Source: Octopus sinensis (lineage: Eukaryota). From it: DNA of 64,000 nt. Below are positions 1 through 13,520 of this stretch, piece by piece; positions within the stretch are counted from its first letter, which is position 1; the number at the start of each line of letters is the position of its first letter. The translations under genes were made by a program, and so were the position numbers. The notes below the pieces were generated by a model that worked only from the letters and a program-made list of their open reading frames with translations, did no database searches and was not told the DNA's origin. The DNA lies in contig NC_043009.1 of NCBI RefSeq assembly GCF_006345805.1, forward strand, positions 7,006,001 to 7,070,000, in the 5' to 3' direction.

Positions 1-611
1 ATCTGCATCGTTTCTGAAATTTTTCTTAGCCTTGTCCCCTCGTTCGTCATACAGTTTAAATAAAATAAATCTATATTGTTACAAATGTGGGGTTCCAAAA
101 CTCGTAGAATGCTGCTTAAAATATTTTATAAATAATTTTAGCTTCCAATGAATTTACCGTTCATTCCTCCAGAGTAAGGATTCTCCATAGTGTGGTGTTG
201 TGTAAGTTAAGATATATCCTGTATAATTAAATGGCAGTTGAGAAATAAAAACGACACTGATTTGAATTCAACATTTCTCTGCTGTATCTTAGTGTCTTCT
301 TATGCAGATCCTTAAATAATGTTAGGAGATAAAACGGAACTATAGCATTATGAGTAAAGTTCAAGTGAGCAAGAATGAGAAATTATCTTCCATCATAAGC
401 CTGCGTCGATATACGCCCTTTGAATGAATTTATATGAAGGAAACTGTTCGGAATCCTGCTGCATAAACTGTCAATTTGTTATGCGCTATACTTAAACCTA
501 CGCATGGTATAACAATATCATGTCGTCATAGAGTGGATTCAGTGGGGACTATTCTTTAGCAAGCTGCAAGACCTTATATTCTGTCCCAGTATAACATATT
601 ATTCACGCATA

Positions 612-991
612 CTCTCTCTCTTTATTCTTGTACTTGTTTCAGTCATTTGACTGCGGCCATGCTGGAGCACCGCCTTTAGTCGAGCAAATCGACCCCAGGA
701 CTTTGTAAGCCTAGTACTTATTCTATCGGTCTCTTTTGCCGAACCGTTAAGTTACGGGGACATGAAACACCAGCATCGGTTGTCAAGCGATGTTGGGGGG
801 ACAAACACAGACACACAAACACAGACACATATATATATATATATATATACATGTACACGATAGGCTCCTTTCAGTTTCCGTTTACCAAATCCACTCACAA
901 GGCTTTGGTCAGCCCAAGATTATAGAAGACACTTGCCCAAAGTGCCGCGCAGTGGGACTGAACCCAGAACCGTGTGGTTGGTAAGCAAGCT
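612..991 (-). mobile_element. tRNA-derived SINE, family A (5'-clipped copy)
   Basis: Reverse complement of the element at 34854-35260 and 41011-41398: same B-box region, GGCACCTTGGGCAAGTGTCTT block, internal (TA/CA)n and CAGTCAAATGACTGAAACAAGT tail. The A-box end is missing at 991. Confidence 0.9.
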
Positions 992-1139
992 GTAGAGTGA
1001 AGACTATCTGGTAAGTAAGCTTTATAATTATTCAAAATATTTTAAACGGTGTATATTGGGTTAGAACTACTACAGAATACATATTGACGCAGTTGCCATT
1101 GAGTAAATTCAACATACAATAAAGATATTTTAAATATAA

Positions 1140-1535
1140 CTAGCAGTATCGCCCGCCGTTGCTCGGGTTTGTAAGGGAAATAACTATATAAGCATTTTTA
1201 GAGAGTTATAGCCCCAAAATAGCAAAAAAATGCATTAAAAATGGAAAAAAAATTATGGTAAATTTTTTTTAAATCGTTGACTCATCGTAAACATTTATAG
1301 AGAGTTACTTCCCTTATATATTAGCGAAAAAATGCATGAAAATGGAAAAAATGATGGTAATTTTTTTTTTAAATCGTAGACTCATCGTAGACGCGCTCTA
1401 ATACCCAGAAGGGCTCGATATGAATCACGACTATAAGATACCCGGTTTTGGTTAAACTGCACTGCAAAATGTGGGAGTAGTTAGGAATCTAAATCGTAGG
1501 AGACAGACACACAACTTCACTTTTATATATAAAAA
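1140..1535 (-). mobile_element. Non-autonomous Helitron-like element (~396 bp)
   Basis: On the minus strand it ends in hairpin CCCGAGCAACGGCGGG + 8 nt + CTAG and sits between host A and T. The 5' end reads TT instead of TC (one substitution). The 3' terminus matches the Helitron remnant ending at 62093. Confidence 0.7.
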
Positions 1536-1815
1536 TATCAAGAATTGAATGAACCGGGCTTCGATGACGTAGGATTTAAAAGGAAGATGGAGTGTCTTAG
1601 AATGGAGTGAAAATAACATTTGCAATAGTTTTGAATTAGATAGGTACCTCTATGGACCACATGAAATGTATTCAGAATTTTCGCTACCAAAGTGACATAT
1701 GTACGCAGGTATTCATCCTGATGTAATGCACACACGGTTGTATACATATATAAATATATACAAGAGATTTCGATGTTTATATATATATATGCCACCTGGA
1801 TTTTACATTTAAATG

Positions 1816-1882
<67 letters not shown>

Positions 1883-2018
1883 ATGTATGCATATATATAT
1901 ATTTATATACCATCTGGATTTTATATGTATATATGCACACACACTCGTACAATATACATACATATATTGTCCGAATTTTATACTTAGATGTGCATATATA
2001 TCTATATATCTATATATC

Positions 2019-2057
<39 letters not shown>

Positions 2058-2392
2058 ATGTGTGTGTGTGTGTGTGAGTCTGTGTGTGTATACATACATA
2101 CATATAATTGTATATACACCAATATACATGCATATATGCTAAATATAATACATATACTAAACATACATTTGTATATATACATACATGTGTGTGTATATGT
2201 GGGGTGGGATGTATGTGTGTGTATAAATTCAGGTTATGTTATAACTGATGACGTAACATTATAAGTATACTCAGCCAGAGCTCTGGTTGACTTGCATCTT
2301 AAACATCATAATTGAATTTCTTCTAACATTGATTACATCCCCTTCAGCATCTTCGTCTCTTCTTACCTACAATCCGTGGCGGTCTTTATTGG

Positions 2393-2717
2393 GGAGCACT
2401 CCGTCGATTACGACGATGAGGGTGACAGCTGATATGATCAACGGAACAGCTTGCTCGTGAAATTAACGTGTAAGTGACTGAGTAATCCACAGACACGTGT
2501 ACCCCTAACGTAGTTTTCAGGGAGATTCAGCCTGACACAGAGTGTGACAAGGCCGGCCCTTTGAAATACAGGTACAACTCATTTTTGCCAGCTGAGTGGA
2601 CTGGAGCAACGTGAAATAAAGTGTTTTGCTCAAGGACACAACGCATCGCCGGGAATCGAACTCACAACCTTACAATCGTCAGTCGAATGCCCTAACCACA
2701 AAGCCACGCGCCTTCAC
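2393..2717 (-). mobile_element. tRNA-derived SINE, family C
   Basis: tRNA-like head (GTGGTTAGGGCATTCGACT...GTGAGTTCGATTCCC), central TGTCCTTGAGCAAAACACTTTATTTCACGTTGCTCCAGTCCACTCAGCTGGC block, and a tail shared with 10255-10381. A second copy lies at 35530-35827. Confidence 0.85.
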
Positions 2718-2987
2718 TTGCGGTCTTTATTACGATGACGCTCTTCTCGTTCCTACCGGGATATTTAAACCAGCACGAGAATGAAATAGAAAAGCCCTAC
2801 TAAGTATTTCGCTCCCTTTAACTTCTCTATTTTGTTTCTCGAAAGGGAATCAAAAAAGCTAACTTCGACGTAACCTTAGATAGATTTGAACTCTTCTTTA
2901 TACTGCCCGTTCAACAAGCCTAAGGTGTTTCTAAGATATATTGAAATTCAGTCGAATTAATACAAAAGATAAAAATATAGTTACCTT

Positions 2988-3213
2988 CTCTTGTCTTGCC
3001 GTCTCGCAAGGGCCGGTTTTCCCAGACTTATGCCGTATAAATTCCCCGCCTGGACGGGGCCCCTGATTATTCATTTTTGCCATCTGAGTGGAATGGAGCA
3101 ACATGAAATGGAGTGTCTTACTTAGGAACACAACGTCGCCCGGTCCAGGATTGGAAACTACAATCTTACGATCATGAGTCCAACAACCTAACCACGAAGC
3201 TACTAACCTCAAC
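2988..3213 (-). mobile_element. tRNA-derived SINE, family D (head and centre like family C, different tail)
   Basis: Head and central block are homologous to 2580-2717, then a different tail (CAGGCGGGGAATTTATACGGC...). A diverged plus-strand copy lies at 3942-4150. Confidence 0.75.
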
Positions 3214-3238
3214 TTTAATTAATATAAATCGGTCGTAA

Positions 3239-3340
3239 ACAGTGATATCAATACCATCTCCATTAGAATATCGGATCTTTCACCAAATGACAGTGATATC
3301 AATAATATCTCCATTAGAATATCGGATCTTTCACCAAATG
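3239..3340. repeat. 51-bp tandem duplication (2 copies)
   Basis: ACAGTGATATCAATA(CC/AT)ATCTCCATTAGAATATCGGATCTTTCACCAAATG at 3239-3289 and 3290-3340. Confidence 0.95.
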
Positions 3341-3941
3341 AAGACATCATTACTAACCAAAGTTTATTTGCTGACGGATTCTGTGACAAAATAAAATTTT
3401 TATCAAATACGAAGACTAAATATTACTTAGCCTAACTTAACTCTGGAAGACTATGCACAGTTCTTTGAAATCCAGCAGAGTAACTTATCTAACTAGAGAT
3501 AGCAACACTCGCCCCAATCTTCTACGTCATAATCGTACTTTATCCTATATGTCTCTCTATTTAATCTTACACGCGAGATTAAACTCATGATAGATAATCC
3601 CAGGCTGAAAACTGGATCCCTGAAAACCTTCTAAAAGCGCAAATACCATAGCCTCATGATTACCCAATCAAAGTGGGACGAAACCATTCTTCCATATACA
3701 CCCAACTTTTCATTAAACGTTAATACCTTATTTAAGCATCGTTTTTTTGTTTTAGCATAAAACTATGTTCTGTGGCATTTTAAGCGTAGTCATTGCAACA
3801 TCTTCGAGTAACTGACACAAGATTATCAAATGCGTCCATAAAATTTTAAGACTAGAATTTGTGATGTGAGAGGAGAATGAACCGATCATTATATGAAGTC
3901 GAGTTACTATAAACAGGATTCCTTGCTGGCTGCTATCATCG

Positions 3942-4150
3942 TTGTGGAAACGCGTGGATTAGTGTTTAGGGTGTTTGACTGATGATCGTAATATTGCGGT
4001 TTCGATTCTTTGATCGGGTGGTGCGTTGTTTTCTTTAGCAGAACACTTCATTTCACGTTGCCCAAATCCACTCAAATGGCAAAACTGAGCAACCCTGCGG
4101 CGGGCCGGCGTCCTATCCAGGTAGGGAATTTATATGGCAGGTAACAGAGA
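3942..4150 (+). mobile_element. Diverged family D SINE
   Basis: Degenerate tRNA head (GCGTGGATTAGTGTTTAGGG...GGTTTCGATTC), then central block and tail homologous to 2988-3213. Confidence 0.65.
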
Positions 4151-4552
4151 AATTGACACTTATGAGTCAATATGATTCGAGAAGGTAGATTCTTGTTTTG
4201 TTTTTTTATTGTCATCTTTAAGGATTTGCTGTAAGAGCCAGCATAGAAGATGAGCAATGATATAAAGAGTAAGAATTCCTTGTTAAGCATAAATTATTTT
4301 CTGAAGATGTTGTATCAGCGGAGACTTGGATTCTTACTATACTGCGTATTTCAAGAAAAGACGAATATAAGCAAATGTCTTGGAACAATGATAGTTGTTT
4401 GTGTGTTGATATGACAATTTTGGTGGGGGATTTAGAAATAGGTAAGGGCGATAGAATTCCATATGAAAAGTAGGCAACCGTTCTGGTAAATGTTTCTACT
4501 CATTTCTCACCAGTGAAACATTTGAGAAATATATGGAGTGACTACATTTATC

Positions 4553-4553
4553 C

Positions 4554-4649
<96 letters not shown>

Positions 4650-4939
4650 GGAGGAGGAGGAGGAGGAGGAGGAGTATGTTGATGATGATGATGATGATGA
4701 TTATGGTAACGATGACGGCGGTAATGGTGATGATAATGATGATCATGATGATAATGATGATGATAACAGTAATGGTGATGATGAGGAGGCAGAGGTGGAG
4801 GAGGAGAAGGAGGCAGTGAGGGTGGGGGCAGAGGAGGAGGACAATGATGACAACGATGATGATGATGATGATGATGATGTTGATGATGATGACGATGATG
4901 TTGATGATGATGATGATGATTGTAATGATGGTGATGGTA

Positions 4940-4971
<32 letters not shown>

Positions 4972-5041
4972 AACAGTATTTATAAAAGGTTAAATAATCA
5001 CAAGACGAACATATTCTGGGATTCACGTCAATCCAGACGAA

Positions 5042-5096
<55 letters not shown>

Positions 5097-5200
5097 GGAG
5101 ACAGAGACAGAGACACACAGAGAGATAGATAGTCAGAAAAAGAGAAAGAGAGAGAGAGAGAAAGAGGGGGAGAGATAAAGAGAGACAGAGAAAGAGAGAT
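4553..5200. repeat. (GAT)n/(GAG)n then (GA)n microsatellites
   Basis: Direct inspection. These produce the poly-D/E, poly-H and poly-M ORFs in the track. Confidence 0.95.
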
Positions 5201-5204
5201 CAAG

Positions 5205-5520
5205 GAAATTCAGCCGGGTATTGTTTGTCAAGGACTGTTTGGTAAAGGAATCGCCGCCTGATAGAAGTATCAGTCACAACAGACAACAATGCTTCTTTAA
5301 AAGAAACGGAGAAATTATTGGAATATAAAGATCTAGATATAGTGATAACCAGAATGCGGAGAAGGAATTCAAACAATTACTAAGCGATAATAGGTGCCTT
5401 GGGAATGATTAAAAAAAGATGAAAAACAAATACACATAACCCCAGACCGCAAGACTTACACATATACACAATACGCTGATAATAGCTCTGTTAGTAAAAG
5501 CACACGTATTAGGTTGAGTA
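5205..5520 (+). mobile_element. R4/Dong-type non-LTR retrotransposon remnant (RLE endonuclease C-terminus)
   Basis: Frameshifted translation QPGIV-VKD...ETEKLLEYKDLDIVITRM...AIIGALGMIKK matches the R4/Dong C-terminal pattern RPDIV...EKL.KY.DL..EI.RMW...PVIIGALG. Confidence 0.75.
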
Positions 5521-6700
5521 TTTTCTATGCAATAATAACTAGGAAGACAAAACAAAACACTGCATGTACCCATGGGACACAGTGCTGCGTTCGAATGTGC
5601 AGTGAAAGCACGTAATAAAAATAAGATGACTGAAGAATAATATTACTAAAGTACTAATAATATTGGTTGAGCAAATGATAGAATCGAATCGAATCCTTCA
5701 TTTCTTTGGTTTTTGTTTTTTTTTTTTTACTTGTTCTTTCTTACGCATCATTTTATATTGTGTTCTATCGAATTGGCTGGGTTATTGTTGCATTTTGACC
5801 TCGGAGTGGAGTAAGTATGGCACAAGATCTTCTTAACACCCAAATTGGCAAATTAGGAAAGCCTGAGTGACAGCACATGAACTAAATCAAAAACTGATTT
5901 TATAGGTTTCCATCAACGCTTAATAAAATAAATTCCACGTCCAGTCAAAGATTAAAAGCTTCCTATTGATCCAAGTCAATTGAACTTTTGTACATAATCA
6001 TTGAGAAAGAGAGTAGGAGGAATATAAGGGGGGAGGAAAGATGAAGAAGAGAGAGAGACAGAAATAAAAATATAGCAGAGTAAAGAGATGTAGAAAGGAA
6101 GTATTATATTGAGGGAGTGAAAGGGAGTCGGTGAAAGAGTGGAAGATATGAGCGTAAGAGAGTGTATGAATGAAATACAAAATGTACGGCAGAAAATACA
6201 CCGCTTTTTTTTGTTTTTGTTTTTCTTTTCTATCTCTCACTTTCTCTCGTCTTTCTTTCTTTCTTTTCGCCATTTCTTCTCTGTCTTTCTCTCTTGTTTT
6301 TCTTTCTTTCTTTCCTTTATTTTTAAACGTTGTACTATCAGTGACATCGGGAAAAGGTCATAACCAGCTTTAATGGGCACATCACTTCGAAAATAGACCC
6401 CAGAATGACTTGGTCACTTTTTATTACTACTGATCGCTAGAGCGAATAAAACGCTTCCCAAAATTACAGAGTAGGCAAAAAGCCTTTTATCCTCGCCATT
6501 TTTTCTTTCTATTTTCCTCACTGTTTTCTTGCCTTTTTTATACTCTCACCTCTCATTCGTTCTTTTTCTAATTCTTTGCTTTTATTTTTTTTGTTGTTGT
6601 TGATGCATTCATTAATATATTTTTTCATCATCTTCATTATTTTAGCTTTATATTTATTTTTACTGTGCTTCATTCGTAATACCAGTCGTATAACATAGAC

Positions 6701-6739
<39 letters not shown>

Positions 6740-6829
6740 AGGGAGAGACTGAGCGAGAGAGAGTGTGAGATGGAAAGCGAATGCTGACTTCACATTCATA
6801 GCACACTTTTTAAGGAGTTATTCGATCTT

Positions 6830-7790
<961 letters not shown>

Positions 7791-8093
7791 TACTGCTAAC
7801 ACAGTCCCTAATTAATATCTAGCTATCGGTAAAATGCCAATTAATTCACGTTACAAAGAAAGTGATAACTATTTATTTTGTTTCTGTGTGTTTGCCGCTT
7901 TTTGTTGCTTTTTTTATTAGTCTTTTTTTTTTTTTTCACTTTAGTTATGTTCTATCGATTTTGTTGTTGTTGTTATTGTTGTTGTTGTTGTTGTTGAGGA
8001 TGGTGATGTAGCCTTTGCTGGTGGTACTGATGGTGTTTATGCGATGAGGTTTTAGCACTCTGTGTTACCACCTCTGATATACATTTCTATGAG

Positions 8094-8179
<86 letters not shown>

Positions 8180-8509
8180 TATATTTGTGTGTGTGTGAGT
8201 GTATATATATATATATATATATATGCGTGTGTGTGTGTGTGTATACATGGGTATGTGCGCCTGAGTCTGTGCATACATATGGAAACATACAGCCATACAT
8301 ATAAATGTATGCACGTGCGCACACGCACGCACACGCACGCACACACACGCGCGCACACGTATATAGACATACATATATATGTATGTATATAAATATATAT
8401 ATATACATATATATATATGTATATATATATGTATGATACATTCACACATATGCATGTGTATGCATGTGTTTATACACGTGTGTGTATGTGTGTGTGTGTG
8501 TGTGTAAAC

Positions 8510-9800
8510 ATCGGCGTTCTAGCATAAGAAGAATCCATGAGAATGTAATCCATCATTGCAAAACATCATCAACTCTGATAGCAAGGACATGTGAAGAGGA
8601 TGCCCTGGCGTGTGCATGCACAAACAGATTCTGCTGCATTTTGAACTTAGTAAAGGTCACTGCCAAACGGGTGCATCTAAGAAGTACTTTCGTGAATTTG
8701 TGGCGAATAGACCATGCCACTTTGAAGCATCAAATTGAACACCTCGGAAACTGCATCCACCAAACACAAATCCTTGACTTCATCTTTTGCATTATTTCAC
8801 TTCATATTAACCTAGAATACAGTTCTATTGTATTTGATATTTTCATCAGATTCTTAGATATTTGCGTCGTTTTTGACAAACTCCGATTCCACCGTTCCGT
8901 TTACTACAATCCCACCGATTCGCAATGCTTTTTATACCTGAGGTGCACCATACCGACTAGCAAACGTAAGCAATTTCCCCGACATTGTCGATAATGGAAC
9001 ACCGGCTTGGACTATAAATAACAAATCTGAAAATACGCGACGATTTTACTTTTTCATTTGACGGCATTGGCAATCAAATGTGGAACTTGAATTGCATCCG
9101 GTTCAAGCCATCTCGATAACAATGTATGCTTACTTCGTACAAGCGACCTTACAAGTCGCCTGCCATTTTCCTTTACCTTTCATCCAGTTACCCTTTCGTG
9201 TAGGTTCATATTCGTAAGCAGTCATCAAGTTCTTAGCTTTCACACCATAACCGTTCAGATATTACCAGCATCATCGTTTGTATCCTTCGAAAAAGGTAAG
9301 AATCACAGCAAAAGTTGACTTAGTATCTACCTAACACATCACGTCCTCTGCACCCAACTAGGTACTTTCAATTACATTTGTTGCATAAACCAGCCCTGTC
9401 TCTGCATCGATAAAACCTATGCGTCTCATTTCTTAGTATCAGATCATTGAATACATCAACAAATATTATATTCTGCCCCACATGGAAACTCAGCAGTGTC
9501 CTCCGCATTTATCACAGGGGTCTTTGCTTGGCTTATCGCTTCCACTGTTGTAACTTTATCAGAAACAGGCCTCACACGATGTCACATCATATAAATACAC
9601 TTAGTAACTCTTTTGATTTCATCTCTATTTCATGCATTGTCGCCCACTACAAGTCATTATACTTTACAAATCACGCAGAAAAAAGCTTCATATTAAACCA
9701 CGGAACATATTTTTTCTGTAGGTTCCAATGAAAGCTTCTCCTAAATTTATTCATAATTTATACAGCATCAATGGTTTGTATGGTTGTCCATTATGCACAA
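8510..9800 (-). pseudogene. Decayed coding remnant, possibly a Mutator-like (MULE) transposase with SWIM finger
   Basis: Complex ~40% GC sequence reading mostly in one minus-strand frame with scattered stops. The plus-strand ORFs 8464-8994 and 9447-9731 are in-register antisense. Near 8575-8650 it reads Y*VQNAAESVCAC..QGIL(F)-(frameshift)-HVLAI, resembling SWIM CxC..GIxCxHxLA. No catalytic DDE motif was recognised. Confidence 0.4.
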
Positions 9801-10021
9801 AGTGTCTATAAAATACTTTCCTTTCTATTTTATTTTCGTTCGTCGTTCTTATGTAATCTTTAATATTTATACTTTTTCCATTAACATGCATATGGTTGAA
9901 ATATTGATGTGGTGCGGATGTACTTTGCACTTACGGTAACGTGTATGTCCAAATTTAGCTCGTGCGGACGTCCACACGCCACACATATGACTGCTTTACG
10001 TATATAGCATTATTGCTTTAT

Positions 10022-10381
10022 TGTGGAGGCGCAATGGCCCAGTGGTTAGGGCAGCGGACTCGCGGTCATAGGATCGCGGTTTCGATTCCCAGACCGGGCG
10101 TTGTGAGTGTTTATTGAGCGAAAACACCTAAAGCTCCACGAGGCTCCAGCAGGGGGGTGGGGTGATTCCTGCTGTACTCTTTCGCCACAACTTTCTCTCA
10201 CTCTTACTTCCTGTTTCTGTTGTACTCTCTGTGTCACGCTGAATATTCCCGAGAACTACGTTAAGGGTACACGTGTCTGTGGAGTGTTCAGCCACTTACA
10301 CGTTAATTTCACGAGCAGGTGTTCCGTTGATTCGGATCAACCGAAACCCTCGTCGTCGAAACCGACGGAGTGCTTCCATCC
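10022..10381 (+). mobile_element. tRNA-derived SINE, family E (different head, family C tail)
   Basis: Clear A box TGGCCCAGTGG and B box GGTTTCGATTCCC. The tail AAGGGTACACGTGTCTGTGGAGTG..CACGTTAATTTCACGAGCAGG is shared with family C. Confidence 0.85.
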
Positions 10382-10589
10382 ATTGCTTTATTATGTGTTC
10401 GCTAAACGTGTAAGGTTTCAGTTTGTAGCTCTGCTTTCAATGTCTGCATGCGTGAAACTTCGTACATATTTGTCCGTTTCTGAGCTTGGAAAATTCACGT
10501 CTGTTCTAGGTGTATAACACCTGTCAGCAAACTATTTGCAATAGTTCTTCTGTATATTACTATGCGTAGAAATGTATATAAATATTTAC

Positions 10590-10910
10590 CAACTTCTTGT
10601 TACCTTCTTCTCTTGATAATCTACAAGCTCTCATTGCTACCTTACCAGCAATAAAGTTATTAGAGAAATCCCTGCTTACATTCTCGCTCTTTATCTCTCA
10701 TCGTGTGTTATTTTACCTGCACACAAGTCACCTCTCTCAATTCCAAATCTTATCACACTTTCCTCAACTCTTACACACTCAAGCAAGTACAATACCAAAA
10801 TTATTATTTCTTGTCATTCTTCACGAGATCCACGTTCTAAAGGACTATTCTCGAAGTAAGACATTTCTTTCATTCGTTGGGAACGCTTCTCCCAAAGGCA
10901 CACAGGCTTA
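10590..10910 (+). mobile_element. Possible CR1/L2-type LINE 3' remnant
   Basis: PSSLDNLQAL ... KTFLSFV(G)NA(S)P weakly resembles the CR1 terminal motifs SL..LQ.L and F..RT..LWN.LP. Confidence 0.3.
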
Positions 10911-11142
10911 AGAAAACTTGCACGTTACAAACAAATAAAATATTTACGGAAAAAAGCCTACCATTAATCATCCTGAATTATTATTTTCTTTCTTCCACCA
11001 TACAGAAATGAAGGACAAAAGAAACACTCACATGCATGCATACATATATGAATGTGTGTGTGTGTGTGTGTGTGTGCGTGTGTGTGTGTGTGCGTGTGTG
11101 TGTGTGCGTGTGTGTGTATTTATATATACATACATATATACG

Positions 11143-11173
<31 letters not shown>

Positions 11174-11307
11174 ACATATATATTTATAAATGTATATATA
11201 TGTATATATGTGTATATGTATATATGTATGCATGTATGTATATATATATGTATATATATATAAATATAATGTGCGCGTGTGTATGTATTGTATGTATGTG
11301 TTTATGA

Positions 11308-11345
<38 letters not shown>

Positions 11346-11833
11346 ATTTAGTCTGTGAAAAAATGAGATAATCACTATGACTTGAATGGTTTTGATCAGA
11401 AGTCTGCCCAATCAGAAATGATCTAAGACTAATGACTAAGAACAACTACGCTACAATGGTCTCTCCACACCTTGAGTTTCTTACACATTATGCTCTCTCC
11501 AATTTACTGCTAAATGATACCCTTTGTTTGTCTTTCGGCGGAACAACAATTTCTAAATTATATATTATATATCAGGCAAGTCTAGGAGCGGTGTGGACAA
11601 TTCTGTATCTTAAAAATACGTTACCTGAAATGTGGTATCTATTTTACTGTTTCTAAATATTGGAGTTCAGCATTTGAAATTAAGCATTCATCCTCCTAAG
11701 TATATTTTTCATTCATGCCCGCCTTTTGTCGAAAGGTAAGAAAGAAGGAAACTGCTCACCGTTCCCCGGTTATTGTATATTTTGATAATGCGTGATATCA
11801 TACCAGTGACCTCTACAATATTAAGTAGGACTT

Positions 11834-12410
11834 AAGGCGTTGAGCTGGCAGAAACGTTAGCACGCCGGGCAAAATGCTTAGCACTATTTCCTCCCTTTAC
11901 GTTCTGAGTTCAAATTCCGCCGAGGTCGACATTGCCTTTCATCCTTTCGGGGTCGATAAATTAAGTACCAGTTACGCACTGGTGTCGATGTAATCGACTT
12001 AATACGCTTATCTGTCCTTGTTTGTCTTCTCTGTATTTAGCCCCTTGTGGGTAGTAAAGAAATAGGTATTTCGTCTGCCGTTGTGTTGTAACTTCAAATT
12101 CCGCTGAGGTCGACTTTGCCTTTCATCCTTTCGGGGTCGATAAATTAAATGCCTGTTACGCACTGGGGTCGATATAATCGACTTTGTCTGTCCTTGTTTG
12201 TCCTCTCTGTGTTTAGCCCCTTGTGGGTAGTAAAGAAATAGGTATTTCGTCTGATTTTACGTTCTCAGTTCAAATTCCGCCGAGGTCGACTTTGCCTTTC
12301 TTTCTTTCAGGATCTATAAATTAAGTACCAGTTGCATTCTGGAGTAGGTTTAATCGACTGGCCCCCTCCCCCAAAACTTCTGGGCTTGTGCCTAGAGAAG
12401 AAAAGAATAA
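11834..12410 (+). mobile_element. tRNA-derived SINE, family B, with 3 internal ~180-bp units
   Basis: Head AAGGCG..GAGCTGGCAGAAACGTTAG, then repeated [B box GTTCAAATTCC + GCCTTTCATCCTTTCGGGGTCGATAAATTAAGTACCAG + linker], ending CCTAGAG.AGAAAAGAAT. The core resembles the MetaSINE domain from memory; unverified. Confidence 0.9.
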
Positions 12411-12686
12411 TGAGTAGAACTTATGTTAACCGTTTATTGTAAATTTTGATTAATACTACATAAATTATAATTATCTACATGTGGCAGTAATCCAAATTGA
12501 TTTGTGTCAACACTATTGCCACAAGGGAGGTGTTTTTAATAAATTATAGAACATTAGTTTAACTCAGAAATAACTATTGCTATGAGACACTAATGTCAGA
12601 TGTAATCTCTTCTCATCACATATTTTATCCGTTTATATTCCCACCATCTCATACATAAAGATGCTGATTCTTATCCGCTCTCATTT

Positions 12687-12743
<57 letters not shown>

Positions 12744-12892
12744 AGAGAGAGAGAGAGAGAGATTAAATTAATAATTAAAAGGGTAAAATTTATCAATTAA
12801 ATTAATTAATCAATCAATCAATCAATTAATGATCTTACCAAGTAGATCGGTACGTTAAAATAACCTTTATAGGTAAAATTATACAAATATTT

Positions 12893-13240
12893 TATAATTA
12901 TAAGCATAATTATAATTGGAGTTCAGCTAATTGCTTCACCACATTCCGAATTTAGAAATAGCAGTTAAAAATTCCTCTTCTGCTATTGTAAGAATCTCCA
13001 TGACAGTAACATACTACACTGAAGAGAGAAATAAGTAAATATTTTAATCTCGAAACGCGTATGTAGTTAATCCTGGTCGTTTTGTTTCGTTGTTTTTCTC
13101 TTTGCCTGCGAAAAAAAAGTACGTTACTGTCATGGAGATTCTTACCGTAGTAGAAAAGGTATATTTAACTCCTATTTTTAAATTTGTTATGTGGTTAAGC
13201 AATTAGCTGGACTCTGATTATTATTATGCTTATAATTATA
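12893..13240 (+). repeat. 118-bp inverted repeat (rod) enclosing a hammerhead
   Basis: 12893-13010 vs the reverse complement of 13123-13240: 102/118 identical with no indels. Seven of the 8 transitions form G.U pairs on the plus strand. Confidence 0.9.
13013..13067 (+). ncRNA. Minimal type I hammerhead ribozyme (PLE-type)
   Basis: ACTACA-CTGAAGA-GAG(A)...(T)CTC-GAAA-CGCG-TA-TGTAGT: 6-bp stem I, intact CUGANGA and GAAA core, G-C closed stem II, palindromic ACGCGT in place of stem III. Predicted GUA cleavage after 13061. Confidence 0.9.
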
Positions 13241-13249
13241 ATATATATA

Positions 13250-13311
<62 letters not shown>

Positions 13312-13520
13312 TATATATACTTATATATATATGAACAGAGTTAGTAAAAGTTTTTATCTTCATTTCACTAAATTTATCAAGCTTCTGTGTGTCTAGTACA
13401 TACTTCGCCCTTGATGTACTTATATATGAAAAATATATGGCTTGTGCTAGAAACACCAGCGAAATTAATTAATTTTATTTTATCGCATTTTGAATTTGTT
13501 TATATATATATATAAATATA

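Noticed and set aside
3340-3700. Possible CR1/L2 3' remnant (NTRPNL...SLKTF)
   Set aside because: Only fragmentary motif similarity across frames.
4295-4335. CTGAAGA-TGTTGtatCAGCG-GAGAC
   Set aside because: GAAA is mutated and there is no stem I partner.
4496-5203. Long ORFs encoding poly-His/Pro, poly-Asp/Glu and poly-Met
   Set aside because: Simple (GAT)n/(GA)n read-through that is open in several frames on both strands. The same applies to the YI/VC/HT/II-repeat ORFs throughout the window.
9360-9420. Merlin/IS1595-like motif (FIDAETG..TNVIEST*)
   Set aside because: The flanking Merlin motifs (SD.W..Y, VNHS) are absent.
11900-12300. CRISPR-like or satellite array
   Set aside because: These are ~180-bp near-identical SINE subunits with no unique spacers, in a eukaryotic context.
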